Source: Blasia pusilla (taxonomy: Eukaryota). From it: a stretch of 64,000 nt of DNA. The notes under the pieces were generated by a model that did no database searches, had not been told where the DNA came from, and saw nothing but the letters and a program-made list of their open reading frames with translations. This document shows positions 12,301-26,519 of this stretch, piece after piece; the first letter of the stretch is position 1, and every line of letters starts with the position of its first letter. A program made the translations under genes and the position numbers. The stretch lies in contig CM114271.1 of the NCBI GenBank assembly GCA_050084515.1, positions 13,268,001 through 13,332,000 on the forward strand. The letters run 5' to 3'.

Positions 12301-13930
12301 TTCCTTCTTATATTCCACAAGCATTTTCCGCAAGCATGGAGGCAGAGTTTGAGAATTGGAAGGTATTAGATTTTTTACACCAACCGAGCGGGCAAAGTCT
12401 TAGTCTCAAAGAAGATACTTATGGATGCAAAATGTAGACTGATGAGCAACCACGAACACTTGTCATTTGGCTGGCGGTTATTTTGAAAGGAATTGCAACT
12501 ATTTCTTCTTGTAGAGTGCTTGCTTGGAAATTGTATGCATATAATTAATACGACTGACGACTCTTTGAGTATGTGGCAACAAATCGGCATTGTGAGCAAA
12601 GTCGACTTATTATGGGGAATAAGTCGACATTATTGACAATGCTGATTTGTTGCCAACTTGCACCTAACTTGTAATGCCTCGTTTGACATAAAAATACATT
12701 ATATATCAAATAATACAAATGCACTCTCTCTCAATTGAAATGAAGAAATTGTGCAATATGTTTGACAATTTTGAATTTGCCTTGGATTGTTGGTGTGCGA
12801 TAAACTCTAGAGAAAAATTATGTACTCATATGAACAAGAAATATAGGAATTGTACATATCAATATGGAGCAAAAAGAAGAGGGAATCAAATGGTGTGAAG
12901 GATGACTTCCACCAAGAATTCAAAGGTTGTGATGAAGATAGGCCATGTTAGTAGCACATCCAAGATTGTAACACCTAATGCCCAAATGAAGCGATCTTAG
13001 GGGATTCAAGCAAAGGAGTGCAATGATCGGTAACTAATTATAGTTTATCATGGCTTAATAAGATAGGAGTTAGTAGAGACTAAGTAAGAGGAATCACTAA
13101 GAATAGAAATGCATAATTTAGGATTAGGCCAAAAGGATAAAGAGGATTGGGGCCAACTTGAGGATAAAAAGATGACGTGGAAGATGAGGAGCGGATAAGA
13201 TAAAGAGAATATTAGATAAGTAGATATGGTGCACACCATATGGTGCCTATGGATAGGAGGACATATAGCAAACATGTAAGAGAATTATTTGCATGACCAA
13301 TGAAAAAGAGAAGATGTAGATTCAATCTTATTGGTTTTGGATGTAAGGGGAAGCTATCATGACGGAGTATATAAAGAGGGGAGGAAGGCCTTACGTGTCA
13401 TCCTTCCTTCTCAAACTAAGATCCTTATATTAGCTTGCCAGAGTCCTAGTGGATCATCCCTCCTCGAAGAAGAGAGAGCACTCTTACCAAGAGTTTTGAA
13501 CTTCAAGGGAGTTTTGGGAGGATTATGGTTTGAGGAGTTTCTAAACTCCTAAAAGGCTTGTGGAGAGAGAGAGAGTTATGGTGAGTCCATGGATCATGGA
13601 TTATATCAGCCTCCTTGATTTCCGCCATCAAATTCATTCATAATTCTCTTGTTCTATGTAGAAAGGATCACTTTCGTCACTATCTAGTGTATCACTTTGG
13701 GGCAAACTTTATGAATTTGGTTATGAACTCACCTAATCCATTTATCTTATCTATTTTCGCTTATTAGACCACATAGGATTATTGTGTGTATATTTTGATA
13801 TAGTCTTATGCAAAGGGACTTGAATCAACACTCTTAATTAATTTATTGATAAAGTTGAAAGACACAAGCTTGTGAGAGATTGAGAGCATAGAGGGGGCAA
13901 TGAATTTGAGAGGGGTGCTATCCCAATCAT

Positions 13931-13972
13931 CACAAGGTGAGGGATCCACTATAGTGGATCCCTCAGCTTGTG
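13931..13972. repeat. Palindrome: 28-bp perfect core, 42 bp with one mismatch
   Basis: CACAAG-G-TGAGGGATCCACTATAGTGGATCCCTCA-G-CTTGTG. Confidence 0.9.
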
Positions 13973-14499
13973 AACATATACAAGAGTGTTTCTTGACTGA
14001 CTCTATCCCCGCGCATTCAATCTGCACGGCTTACTTAGTAGGTTCTCCTCACCAACATGGTCACAACAGCTTCAAAGTTGAGTGCACTCAATCCGCAAGC
14101 TTGATCTACCATCACCATTCCCTCGCTTTCTCACTATCGTGGGGTTTGGGAGACACGAAAGGGGGAATGTGGAGGGTCTGAACCTTGGCAATACAAATAA
14201 AACCGAGCAACACAAATGAGCCCAAGTTTTCAAATCTGACACGTCAAGCCATCTCGGTCTAAACATGCCACATCAACCTAGGAAGTTGTAAACGTCCCAC
14301 TCCAAACCTTCCTCCTCCTTGTTAACACCTCCTTTTCTGACCTCCATCCTCACCAAGGGTTCTAAAAACCTGGAGACTTTGCCCAAAGGTACATCCCAAC
14401 ACTAGGAACAAAGGGGAAAAGAAAAAAGTTGAAACAACCACACCCACATTGATTTAAAAATCGTAAACCCAAATGGGGTGTTTCATTTTGGGGGGATCA

Positions 14500-15250
14500 T
14501 GAGGGGTTCAAAAGCAGATCCAAACCGTTGAAGTGGTGCCAAGATTTCATTCCAAGGTGTGTGCCAATTTTTACTGCCATCCAATGGTGCGATGAAAAGT
14601 TATGTCCATATTAACCTCAGAAATCGCAAAACGTCCTCTTCCTCCTTCTTGGTGTCGCTTTTTGTAGCCTCCACCCTCTACATGGGACCCAAAAATCATA
14701 AGACTTCCTCCTGGATGGAAACCCTAACCCAAGAACAGAGGAAAAAAGAAAAAATTACAAATGAACACTCACACATGGAATTAAAAATCTTAAACCCTAA
14801 AAGTGATATTTCATTTCTGGTTTGAGCACCAAGAGCTGACTGGCAGATCTGAACCGTTCAAGATGTGGAGGAATTTAAGGCCTTGATGTGTGCCAGGTTT
14901 CATCACCATCCAATGGTGGGAGAGAAAGTTAAATGCATGATACAATGAAAATGCCATCAAGACTAGAAACAATCCTACTCAAGGCCCTCTTCCTTCATCT
15001 TGGCGTGTCTTTTTGTACCCTCCACCCTCTATAGAGGGCCCTAAAATCATAAAATATTCCTACTAGTGTACCCTGTACTGTGGAACAAAGGGCAAGAGAA
15101 AAAACTTCATATGACACATGGAATTAAAAATCATGAACCATAAAGTGGTCTTTCCTTTTTGGTTTGAGCATGGAGAGCTAACTGCCAGATGTGAACCGTT
15201 GAAGTGGAAGGATTTAGGACCTTGGCTTGTGTTAACTTTCAGTGCTAAAT
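14500..15250. repeat. Degenerate tandem repeat, ~330-345 bp period, ~2.3 units
   Basis: AACCGTT(G/C)AAG recurs at ~14523, ~14852 and ~15194. CCTCCACCCTCTA...AAAATCATAA and ACACATGGAATTAAAAATC each occur twice. Confidence 0.7.
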
Positions 15251-16039
15251 GCAAGATGCGACAAATTTGTTAAATCCATGATGACATGAAAATGGCAGAG
15301 AGAGGTGGAACCTTCTCTTCATACGTGAGCCCTCTTTTAGTAGGTTTCCGCCTGAACCAAGGGTGCAAGAATGTTCAATTTTTTTCCCGAGGGGCAACCC
15401 AATCCTAGGAATATAGGACATATAAATATTTATATATCCCAAAAACATTAAAAGACACGTTATCATTGGAGCATGAGACCACAAAAACACACTAGTCATT
15501 ATTTATGACTCAATATTACTAGGCAAGTGAAAGAAGTACGACTAGTCTTTACTAAAGGGTATTGATAACTACTTTAGTAATAAGTACATGACTAGGTGAG
15601 TTGTGCAACCTTAAATTTTAGGACTAAACCATTTTAGTCATACTTTGAGTCATTCTTTCGGCAAGTCATTTAAAGCCTAGTCATAAAAACCACACAAGAG
15701 ACTAGGTTATATGACTCATATAAGACACAAATGGCTTGACAATGACTTAGGAACTTAGAGCAAAGAGGGGAATTACAAAAATACATTGATGAATTTCATA
15801 CTTTACAACTCTCCATTCATAATATAAGTCGAGCAAAAGCTCTTGACAAATTCTTGTAAGGATTTAAGCTCATACTTGGAAAGAAGTACTTCTCCAACAA
15901 TCGATGGATGTGTTTTTTTCGCGACCAAGTTGAGGCCGAGGTTGAAGTTTTTTTTTACAAGCGACATATATTTATTCAAGTTACCTATTCATATCTTTTC
16001 ACTTAACATATTAGGGATTTTTTAGTATTGGGTATCTAT

Positions 16040-19000
16040 TATAGTAGTTAGGTTTATAAGGATGTAGAGAACATCATTGATATATGATATTAAGACACAT
16101 AGACGTATGTTGAATATCCATAGTTACGGATATTCTAGGTTGATGAAAGGATAGACTAGACGATTGGCCACACCACGTTGCTTATTGCCGCACATCACAT
16201 GTCTTAGTCAAAGAGAGTGTAGATTTAGTACCGCATGTTTTAATTTTGGGTGATTGAGAGATTACTTACAAGGGTGAGAGTGATCGTTCAAGGGGGCACA
16301 AGGATCAACATGATGTCCTTTTAGGACTTTTAAAGGTGAGTACTTGAGAGTAATCTTGGAGGATTTATATGGATTGAGACGAGGTTTTGGGAGTCACAAC
16401 GTGAGGGAATGTCTTGACCTCAGAGAAAGGAGAGGTCTTAGAGAAGGATTTTGTAAGTGCATCATGACTCAAGTTGAGTGGTCCTACCACTTGGGCATAC
16501 GAGATGGATGACCGGGGTAGAAGACCGCATTGGTTTTCAGGAGCTATAAGTACCATAAAGTTGCATGACTTTATTGCAGAATTTATATTTAGGAGTTGGA
16601 GTGATTCACACAAGATTAGGATTTCCAGAGAGTTCAACTTTTTCACATTATGGAACGGTATGTTGTAGCACCTAGAGGAGGCATCCATGGTTGACTACCA
16701 TAATTTTTCCCATAGATTGAGGATTTGAGACTCTACTATGATCCACATTATGTATCATGGAATAAGCCATTTCCAGATGATAAGGAGAAGTTAGAGGAGG
16801 CTACTTCTCTGCCACTACCGAGAGTTAAGGAGGAATGATTCAAACTAGGGAAGTTGTATTGTCTAGTCAAGTTTGTCTTAGGTTCAACATCCATTAATCC
16901 CGTGGTTGAGTTTTTGGCGGAATTAAAAAGGAACTACTAGGAGATACAATCTGAGTGAGAAGTTACGGAGCATCCACAATTTCCACAGTTGCAAGGGGGG
17001 AGTTTGCGAGAAGCATTTACGCATTTACATTGATAGATTCGTATCACTTAAGGGATAATAGAAGCCCAAGTTGTTAAGACATGGTATGGGATGTTGGAAC
17101 GAGATCCATAGAAATGGGAAAGGGATGTGATACTCATGCATCGCATGTTACCTACATTGAGAAATATCTCTAAGATGGTTGAGCGTAACGCGGCCGAGGA
17201 GAGTGTTGCAACTATGAGTTACGCATGAGAGATGCCACGTGTGTTTGTACCACCAATGCAGCAATGTGTATCTTGAGAGAGAAGTATGGCATAGCGAGCT
17301 CATGGAGGTTATCGCGCAACAACATATGCCACAACAATCTATACCGTCATATGGAGGTCAACATTAGCTAGGAGATATTTGTTAGGCATTTGTAGAGCCC
17401 ATTGCTTGTAAGATTGCATATGATGGAGAAATGAACTTGTGCCCTAGCATGCAGGTGTAGATAGGCCCCCATCACTAATATTCAAGTGTGACTATTGTCA
17501 ACAGTATGGTGGTAAGTGTGCTAGACGTTTTTTCCTGTACCCTGAGCTATGTTTGGATTGACTGCCAGAGAGGATACGGGAGTGAGTTGGTGGTCCGTAT
17601 GGGACTAGATGTTGTGCACTAGATGGTCGCATAGGCGGAGAAGGAGTTGGATATACTCATGGGGGAGTTGGGTATGCTCACGGAGGAGGTAGAGATCCGC
17701 CACCTCAACGAGTCAAGGAGGATTCTAGGTGCAAGGCTAGGATGGCAGTTCAGATATAATAGTTACAACAACACATTGTCGTGATGGCATTGAGGTTACT
17801 TGATTATGGGCTAGTGGCATTGACCTCATATATGGAGTCCCCATAGACATGGAGGATCCTGGTTGGATATGTGGGGTTGCACACATGGTTTTTTTCCTTA
17901 CCCGTGAAGTAGCCGAAGAGTTAGATCCACAAGGAGGGAAAGCCAGGAAATAGACCAAGATTTCTCAATCATACATTTTGTTCGAGGCGATGAGGATTCC
18001 ATCAATGAGTCTCTTCCTCTTGAAACTCTTGATCGATGAGTCTCATCCTCTTGAAACTCTTGATCGATGAGTCTCATCCTCTTGAAACTCTTGATTAGAG
18101 TTTCAAGAGGATGGATGTTGTTGGTCTACATAAGTGATGGTTGATGGGAGAAGTGAGGAAGATGATTCCTCTTGCAGATGCTTAGATGGAGCCTATGTCG
18201 AGTATGTTGATGGGGACGGCCATTGTCATGTATCACATAGTCTATAAAGGTATTGGCTAGGTGCAAGAATATGAGAGATAGACAACCATGGACTTCTTAA
18301 AACGTTGCTCGAGCAAAGAGTGTGGAGGCAGCCACAACAACACATTTTCATTTTTTAGATGTGGAGCATGATGCGGGAGGTCAAAGTGGGGTGGCTAAAG
18401 TAGAGTGGCTAGGGTTGCTATATAGCAACCAAAGCTAGAGGTAGGGTCTTCTTCAATTGAGGTCACAATAGAAACTTGAGAGATTGTGATAGATCTTGAG
18501 TTAAGATGAGGAGAGAGACGACACATATATAGGTTCTAGAGACGGCATGTGAGGTGTTTAGGCTTTAGTATGAGAGACTAGGGTATGTTGAAGGATCTCG
18601 GGATATGGATAGTTTTGGCTAGTGATACACCAATCTTTTGTTGACCCCATATTAGATATTCCGACATGGAATGAGCCTTGATTTAGAATAGGAGCTAGGA
18701 CTTGTGGAGTTATTGCATGGGGAGCAAGCATCTATCATAATTATGTCATTAAAGAAGGATATATATGGCAATTGTATGGATAGGCGAATGTGTGGGGATA
18801 ACCATCATATCAATTGACACACGAGGTCACATCAATACGCCATGCCTACTCGTGAGGAGATATTTGTTATAGTTGGGCATGTAAAGATCTTCAATAATTT
18901 ACATCTCCATGTTGGCTATCATTAGCTTCCTATCAAGATGGAGGATAGGGAGAATATAATGTTTTTTGGAGGATAGATCAATTTGGAAGAGACATTTTGT

Positions 19001-20040
19001 ATCAGTGGCAGTTTTTTACTTTTTTGCTGAAAATGCCCCTGCGGAGTTCCAAAGAGATGGATAGGAATAAAACTAGCTTGGATTTTGTACGGTATTACAA
19101 AGATTCTATTCTTATCTTGAATTCCATGATTAGGGAGCATAAGCAACACTTGGAGGAGTTATTTAAGCGATTTCAATTACATGGACTAAAGTTACATCCA
19201 AACAAGTGTAGGTTCTTCCAAGAGCGGATCAAGTACTTGGGATATACAATATATCAATATGGATTAGGTGTTCACAAGACAAAGATGGAGGCTATTGTGT
19301 CAATTCCACGCCCTACAAATATGAGTTGAGTCCAACCATTTCTAAGATAGGAAAACTTCTATTAATGGTATGTCAAGGGTTTTAGTGCGATCGCAAAGTC
19401 TTTGATCTTGTTGATAAGACTTGATCAAGTTTGGCATTGGAGAGATGATAAGGAGCAAGAATTTTATGAGCTCCAATGATAAGTCAAAATCTGATCTTTT
19501 TTACATAAACACATTTAATTTTGAAGGATTGTCCAATTCAATTACACACATATTGGAGCATGTTGGGTCTAGAAAGAGTACTCACTTAGAGAGATGAAGA
19601 GGAGAGGGAGTTTGTTGTGGCTCATGTTAGCTAATCAAAAAAATTGTAGAGGCAAAGTATAACTTCTATGAGGGAGACTACTTGGTTGTAATGTGGGTGG
19701 TAGCATATTTTAGGTGTTGTCTATTCGATAACCCTTTCACACTTATCTCTAATTATAAATGGTGGAGGGTGGTTGATCGAGTTTGAAAAGCTTACATAAA
19801 TGTTTGTTAGGTTCTCTTACTAGTACTTGAGTATGACTCTATTAGTTTAAGGTGGTGCATAGGCTAGGTCGGTTGAACCAAGATGTAGATGGATGGAGTT
19901 GCAATCCATGCTTGAGTTAGAGAGACAACATAATATAAGCTTTATAGCATGGAGAGAGTGATGGGAAGATGGTACTCGGTTGGCATGCATCTACCTTTCT
20001 TTACTAATTGATTATATTAGGTCAAAAATAGGTGGTACCT
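16040..20040 (+). mobile_element. Highly degenerate DNMT-Gypsy family copy B (gag, RT, RNase H; protease and DNMT missing)
   Basis: SGPTTWAYEMDDRGRRP (16474) matches the gag of A and C. LHGLKLHPNKCRFFQERIKYLG (ORF 18997-19329) is RT. The sequence jumps from late gag (~18240) to the post-DNMT region. Confidence 0.85.
18001..18113. repeat. 31-bp tandem triplication followed by an inverted arm
   Basis: ATCGATGAGTCTCATCCTCTTGAAACTCTTG x3 (first unit with 2 mismatches), then AGAGTTTCAAGAGGATG, the reverse complement of CATCCTCTTGAAACTCT. Confidence 0.95.
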
Positions 20041-20502
20041 CTAGTGTTAGTCTCTATAAATGATGAATTTTCTTTTCATTTCTTTGCGTTAGGAAAATGC
20101 CATAATTAGTATTGAACCCTACTCAAGGAGGCATGCTTACATCCATAAGTTTCTAAATGCACTAACGTACAATCCCACGTAGATGACCATTGGAAGTATC
20201 ACCCGAGTTGGTGATTGCATGCTTTGGTTCGTAAACGTCTTTTCAAAATGATAGACTAGATAGCAAATAAACTCATGCTTATCTAAAAGAGGACCTTTAC
20301 ATGGCTTGGATTAATGAACGAAAATATTGGGTATTACTTGTATTTCACCTCCATCCATGATTGATAAACATCCTCTACCCTTTTCTCTCTCCCTACACAA
20401 TTTAAGATCATAGATGATCACTATACTTATTCCCTGTATCTTATAAATGAGTCATAAGTTTTCCTAAATTTAAGCCTACACTCATTAATCTCTAAGCCCC
20501 TC

Positions 20503-20930
20503 AAGAATGGATAAGGGCCAAGCTATTTTCTCAAGAGAAGTAGTTCCCTCTCATTAGAAGAGCAACCAAGTCTAATACCATAGTCTCAATAATAACAAGC
20601 ACAACTCTTCTAAGATAAGGTGCCTCTCCAAAATACTCGACTTCACATTCAAAAATCTCTCAAACTCCTAAATAATTAATCATGGCCAAGCTAGCTATTC
20701 TCCCAAGAGGGGCACTCCACTCTCCTAGGAAGAGTAATTAAGTCTAATACCATAGTCATAAGAATAACAAACACAACTCTTCTAACATAAGATGTCTTTC
20801 CAAATTAAGCATTCGATTCCATACTCATCAAAATGTCAAATCCTAAAGAATGGATAATGGCCAAGCTATTTTCTCAAGGAAGGTAATCCACTCTCATTGG
20901 AAGAGCAATCAAGGCCCATACCATTTTCTC
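20503..20930. repeat. Degenerate ~170-bp tandem repeat, ~2.5 units
   Basis: GGCCAAGCTA...GAAGAG...ATACCAT recurs at ~20515, ~20683 and ~20859. Confidence 0.8.
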
Positions 20931-23924
20931 AGGAATTTTGAAATTAAAAACAATTTAAGAAAAATCTAATTTAAGGTAGTGAATCTTTGAAGTTCCCTCG
21001 TCTTTATGTACTCATAAGGGATCCAAATGAGTACAAAGTGATGCCAATTTTATCTTGTGTCACATGACTTTCTCTCAAGACTTAGCGAATCACTTTTGGA
21101 GATAAGTAAATTTTTTTGTATCTCTTCTTAAAATATATCTTCATAAAACCATTTCATATCCTCGTAGCTATTCCAACTATTCTAGCCTTGATTTATTCGC
21201 TAACCACAAATATTTTATTAGTACACCAACCTATTACTTTATTTTATTTTTTTCCCATGTGTCATTAATGATATATTTTCATAGAGTTGGGTTTGCATGA
21301 ATGAGGTACACACAAACCCTCTATTTTGATTTTCTATTTTCCATGTCTAATTTATGAGCTCTTTTCCTATAATTGGGCCAACATAAGTAAGGTACCATTA
21401 AGAGGTTTAAACATTAAAATTTATTTTCCGAAGTTAATTAATCACTCAATAATTATTATCATATCTCTCTAAAACTAATAATAGTCGAATGTATACGTCG
21501 AATCAATTTTTTATATGAAAATATATCTTGGATCTTGACACGGGTGTGATCTAAGGAAGATTAGCTCCAAATTAGCCTTATCTAGGGTACACTCTCTCTT
21601 GGCATATTTATGGGTGACTTATACACATAATTGACCTCCTCATAGGAAGTCGATCATAAGCAACCTAGAATATCTCACTCTGTCTCTACTAAATTTCCAC
21701 ATTGTCCTCTCATAAGAGCCCATAATATATCACGCCAAAATTCGGCTCAAAATCATTTGATTAATCTCCAAACGAAAAATACGAATTTCTAGATATTTTC
21801 AAGCCCTTCGGCCCTTCACTCTCCTTCCTTTGTTTTGTCACTAATCTGGAGCTCTATGGGCTTACGTAGCACATGCAAAGACTAAGGCATCCTAACATGC
21901 ACTAGTTCCACAAGAAGGGGGCCAACCTCTCTATGATTACTACTCCTCATAGAAGGAAGGGTGACCAATGCTCGTAGGTTATCTCTAAATAGTAGGTCAT
22001 ATGTTACCTCTGAAAATGGGCAAATATAAGACCCAACTCGCCAAAAGGAACCCTTCCCACCTTAGCATATATAATGTGGATGCAATGCAAGCAAAAATAA
22101 GCCACTACGGCAAAGCAAGATCAAACAGGAGAAGAATGCAAAATGTTGCTTACCGCACCATCTTTTTCCCACCACATACCTACAATGAGTATTTACGACC
22201 CTATGTACGATCGTGGAATGGAACTCCAACGTCTCCCAAGCAAGAACTAAATTGGTCTCTCTAGTGCGTCATTTATCTTTAACTAGTAATAATAGTTAAA
22301 GAGACCTATTAAGAACACTTAGTTCTAAGAGGGCTCGTTGAGTAAGGTTAGTTCTTGGAGAGGCTACTTAAGCAATTTTTTGTGAGTATTCACACCACCA
22401 ATAAGGAGCTCCAAGCCATGCAATTCGCAATTTTTTTGAATGGATTCCTTGATTTTGCAATACGGGTTTGTGTGCTTGGGTTCATATGTACCAATAGATA
22501 AACTCCCAAGATCTCCACACAATGCTTTCTCAAACCTTAGGCTATCCTAGTAGGGTTGGACTCGAACACTTGAAGTCCATGTCCGTAGACTTATGTCTAT
22601 ACCTAGGACAGACAAGTTCGTGCAGGTTCGGGTGCCCACGGCTCGTACCTGAGCCCACACAGGTTTTGTGGCCACGTACGCACGGTTGGTTTAGATCCAT
22701 GCAGGGCCCACAAATAGCGGACCCAGAGCCCGCCATACGCGGGCTCTACGGGCCTCAACCCGCCCAATGGGATCCAACCTGCCATGTGCAAGCCTTGCAC
22801 AAGCTTGATCCCATCCTACGGGCTTGACCGCCGCCACAAAACCGGTGTGAGCTTGGCTAGCGCGGGTGCCTACTACGGGCTCGGCGGTCTCGGATGCGGA
22901 CCCCGGGTACCCGAGCACCCTGTCCTGACATATCTGTCCCATGGAAAAACTTGTGCGTTTCCATGAAACCTTATGTCCAAGTGTGGGTTGCTAAATTTGA
23001 ACTTAGTTATCTATAATTGAGATATTGATGCATTTGGTTATGTTAGTCAATAACTATTGCAGAATGTCAATTTCGAGTGGAACTTGGCATATTGGAGGGC
23101 TGATTTGGCTTATTTTTGTTCTCATGTCACCACAAATTTGTGTGTGGTTTCTTATAGGACACATATTGTCCTCACGCTTTATGCATTAGCAGGAAGGAAT
23201 GCAACATTCATAGAATGGCATAAATTCTGCACAACTAGGCTTAAACATTACATTGGAACGAGGGAAAAGTTCAAGAAAAGTAGTTCAAAGAAAGCAATTA
23301 CTATTTGGCACTACCTACTATGCTTGCAAAAATCAAAATGATATATTTGCTTCAACTAGAGTCAAAATTTCTGTAAGGTGTCTAGAATGGAGAACAATAT
23401 TCCATACCACGACAAGTGACCTTAACTTATTGATCTGATTTCACATCTATTTATTCATTTGATTTCAAACACACTACCTAATCTTACCAAATAAGGTAAT
23501 CCTCTATCTTTCAATCAGATTTGTAGTCTCACATATTGAACTATCTGCTTCCTTTCATTTCGTTGTTGCAATATTTAAGGCATATTCATAGGTTTTGAAG
23601 ATTGAGTTATATTCGAGCTCATCGTAAGCACAAACTCCTCCATGTTATACTCCAATGAAGTAAGAAAGCTTAATCTTGCTTAGTTAATTAAGCAAGATTA
23701 TCATGACTAGGGTTAGTTAACCATAGTTAGTATAATTAAATATTATAATTAGGGTTAGTGTTAGAGTTTCTTGTACAAATACTATATATTTGAAAAGGGG
23801 ACCAATCCACACTCGTTTTCTCGCAAGTACCCTCGCCTGCACGAATATGTGCGTCATAATTTCTCGGACACGGCTTTATCTGCATGCAACCTTGCTCCAT
23901 ATGCATATCAAGCCACTTGCACTA

Positions 23925-24265
23925 TGTTCTGTCCTTTATAGTACATCAAACCGGATCTGTAAGTACATGTAGGGTGCCTTTGAGGAGTTTAGAGTACAAC
24001 CTCAAGAGGCCAAGGATGACCTACTAAGTGTTAGGGTAACGTGAAAGAGCAAGTTTTTATGTATTTTGGGCTCTTTTGGAACCATATTGAGGAACTAACT
24101 ATTTCAAGAAAGATCTTATTGTGAATATAGTTGAGTTGCCTTTTCATTTTAGGAAGCAACCCTTAATCTACTATTTCAGGTCAAGAGCATGATGTGACTT
24201 ATGTAAAAAAATTACCAAAGATCGAGTTTGGGGAGAGGGGGAAGAGATAAACCCAAGGAAAGGTG
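23925..24265 (+). mobile_element. Old diverged relic of the DNMT-Gypsy left-terminal (A) sequence
   Basis: AGGATGACCTAC...GAGCAAGTTT...CCATATTGAG...CAGGTCAAGAGC...GGGAGAGGGG is colinear with 24457-24700. Confidence 0.6.
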
Positions 24266-26519
24266 TTAAAAGGAAGTGATTACCTAAAACATCCATTCGT
24301 GATCCCTGTCGTTATAGAATGGAGAGTGTAGGTTGTGATCTTATATTGAGTAGGAAACGATTCCTTATATACAAATTTGTCACGTCTTTTAGGATAGATT
24401 GGTGAGATCTAGTAAAGCGCTTTCACTAGTAGTGAAGGACAGACTTAGGAGGTTGAGGATGACCTACCGAGGCCTTGGGAAACTTGAGAGAGCAAGTTTC
24501 CCCTTCGTTTCGGCTCATTTGGAGCCATATTGAGAAGCTTACTATTTTAGGTAAGTACCATTTTGAGTATATGATCGACTTTATATTTTTTGTAAATGGC
24601 CTTGACCTCCTACATCAGGTCAAGAGCCAAGGAGGTGACTTGGGAGCATAGGTTACCATGGAGAGAGCCTGGGAGAGGGGAGGGGTATACCTAAAGGAGG
24701 GAGTTTGAGAGCTCATTCTCTCTTTGTTGAACCTCTTGGCATGAGGCTGCGGAGCTATGGTCTTGCTTGCCTTATGTGTGTAACCAAAGCCTCTCATTAG
24801 GAGAGTGGGTTTGGTTTGACATTGAGAGAGACATGTGAAAGTGGACACATTTGAGAGCTATGGTGTTGAGAGAGATTGGATCTAGATTTACAAAGAGAGA
24901 ATGAGATGAGTGAGAGAGCTTCATGGGGGAGCTCGCTAGGCGCTCGCTGGTTTTTCCAATTGGGGATCGTATTCCCCGTTCAGCAATTCATGGGAGTGCT
25001 CACCGGAGCCAAAGCCGCTCATTTTTTATGTTTCCTTTGTTGATTTTTCGTGTAGAAGAGTGGCGCGCGGAAGCGCTGCCTAATTTTTAATAGGGATTGA
25101 GTATGGGGACAAATTTTGCCATGCCGGTGCTCTCGGAAGCACCATGTAGCTTGTTGATTTGTGTTTTCACAGGTTTTACATTTTTTTTGGGAGAAATCAG
25201 CGCGGAAGCGTTGTCAAATTTTGTGTAGGAGAACGAGACATTGGGCTTTACAACAGTCCCCGGTAGTTTTTACTGGAATCTCCGATTCAAAATATTTTTT
25301 GACGTTGTCGTATATCATGAAGCTATACATGCTATTCATCAAATGGTGCACAATTTAGAGTTGCGAGCAAAAATTTATGATCAATCTTGCAAAACTGCCA
25401 TTGCTAGGCGATTTTTAGGGTAAAATTGTTCAAATCCTAAATCAGCCGCCGCACCGGCGGCGGCCATTGCCGTCATAATCACCATCAATGTTCAACCATC
25501 ACCATCGATGGTCAATTTTTATCGTCAATGGTCCACCCGCACCATCAACAGTCAACCGTCACCGTCGACGGTCAATTGTTATAGTCAATGGTCCATCGTC
25601 ACCATCAACGGTCCACCGTCAACGGTCCATCTTCGCCGTCCACCGTTGACCTTCGACCATCGACCGCCGCTATTACCTACAGCCGCTTAGAGCCGCGTTC
25701 GGCCGTTGTCCGCCGTTGGTTGCCATTGCCACCATTACGGAGTGGATGGTCTTCCACGACGACCATTGATTCTCCGACTTGCGCCGCTACCACGTACTTT
25801 GGTGTGGCCGCCATTGACATCATAGTTTCATCATCAACGAGAGATGGCAAGTGACCTCGGGCTATGGTGTTTGAGTTTTAATTTCATTTTTCTATGTTGT
25901 GATTGGTAGCCACTCGACGACGATTGAGTACCGTGCCGTGACGCCCGTAGTCGCAACGTGCCGCCGATTGGCGCGCCATGTCACTCATGGCTGCACCACA
26001 CCATCTTGATCGCGGAGCCGCTCCTTCAATGAGAAGAAGAGCATGTGTATTGCTGATTGAGGAGGGTATGCCATGGAGTGCCGCATCCCATTATCGAGTG
26101 CCGTGCCATTCTGTAGCCGTTCCGTGCCGCTAGTGTCGAACCGGATCCGCACTGCATATTGAGGAGGTTTGAGCAGTGTCACTACGAGAGGAGTACGACT
26201 TGTTGATTGGAGAAGTTGTCTTCACGACCAAGTTGGGGTCAAGATTTGCACTTGCCGAGGAGCGACATCGACATTATTGTGAGGTTACCCATTTTGGTCT
26301 CTTACCCTGCATGTGTGAGAGATAGACCTGTGTGGGATGTCCATAGTTGAGGATGGTTTTTTCGATGAGACTATAGATCAGTTGATTTTCCGCACCATGC
26401 CGCTTGTAGCCGCAATGCACACATCTTGGTGAGAGAGTGTAGCTTGAGTGCCACATGTTAGATTGAGTGATTGCGTGATTACTTGTGAGGTTGAGAGTGA
26501 TCGTGTGAGGGGGGCACAA

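Noticed and set aside
12147-14300. Short ORFs and an LTR-like start (TGTAACACC at ~12967)
   Set aside because: No second LTR, PBS or protein motif found to support a call.
18001-18093. CRISPR-like 31-bp repeats
   Set aside because: The units are contiguous with no spacers, there are no cas genes, and the context is eukaryotic.
22500-22960. GC-rich patch with short inverted motifs (MITE or hAT-like) and ORFs on both strands
   Set aside because: No convincing TIR or TSD pair; the ORFs are explained by GC content.
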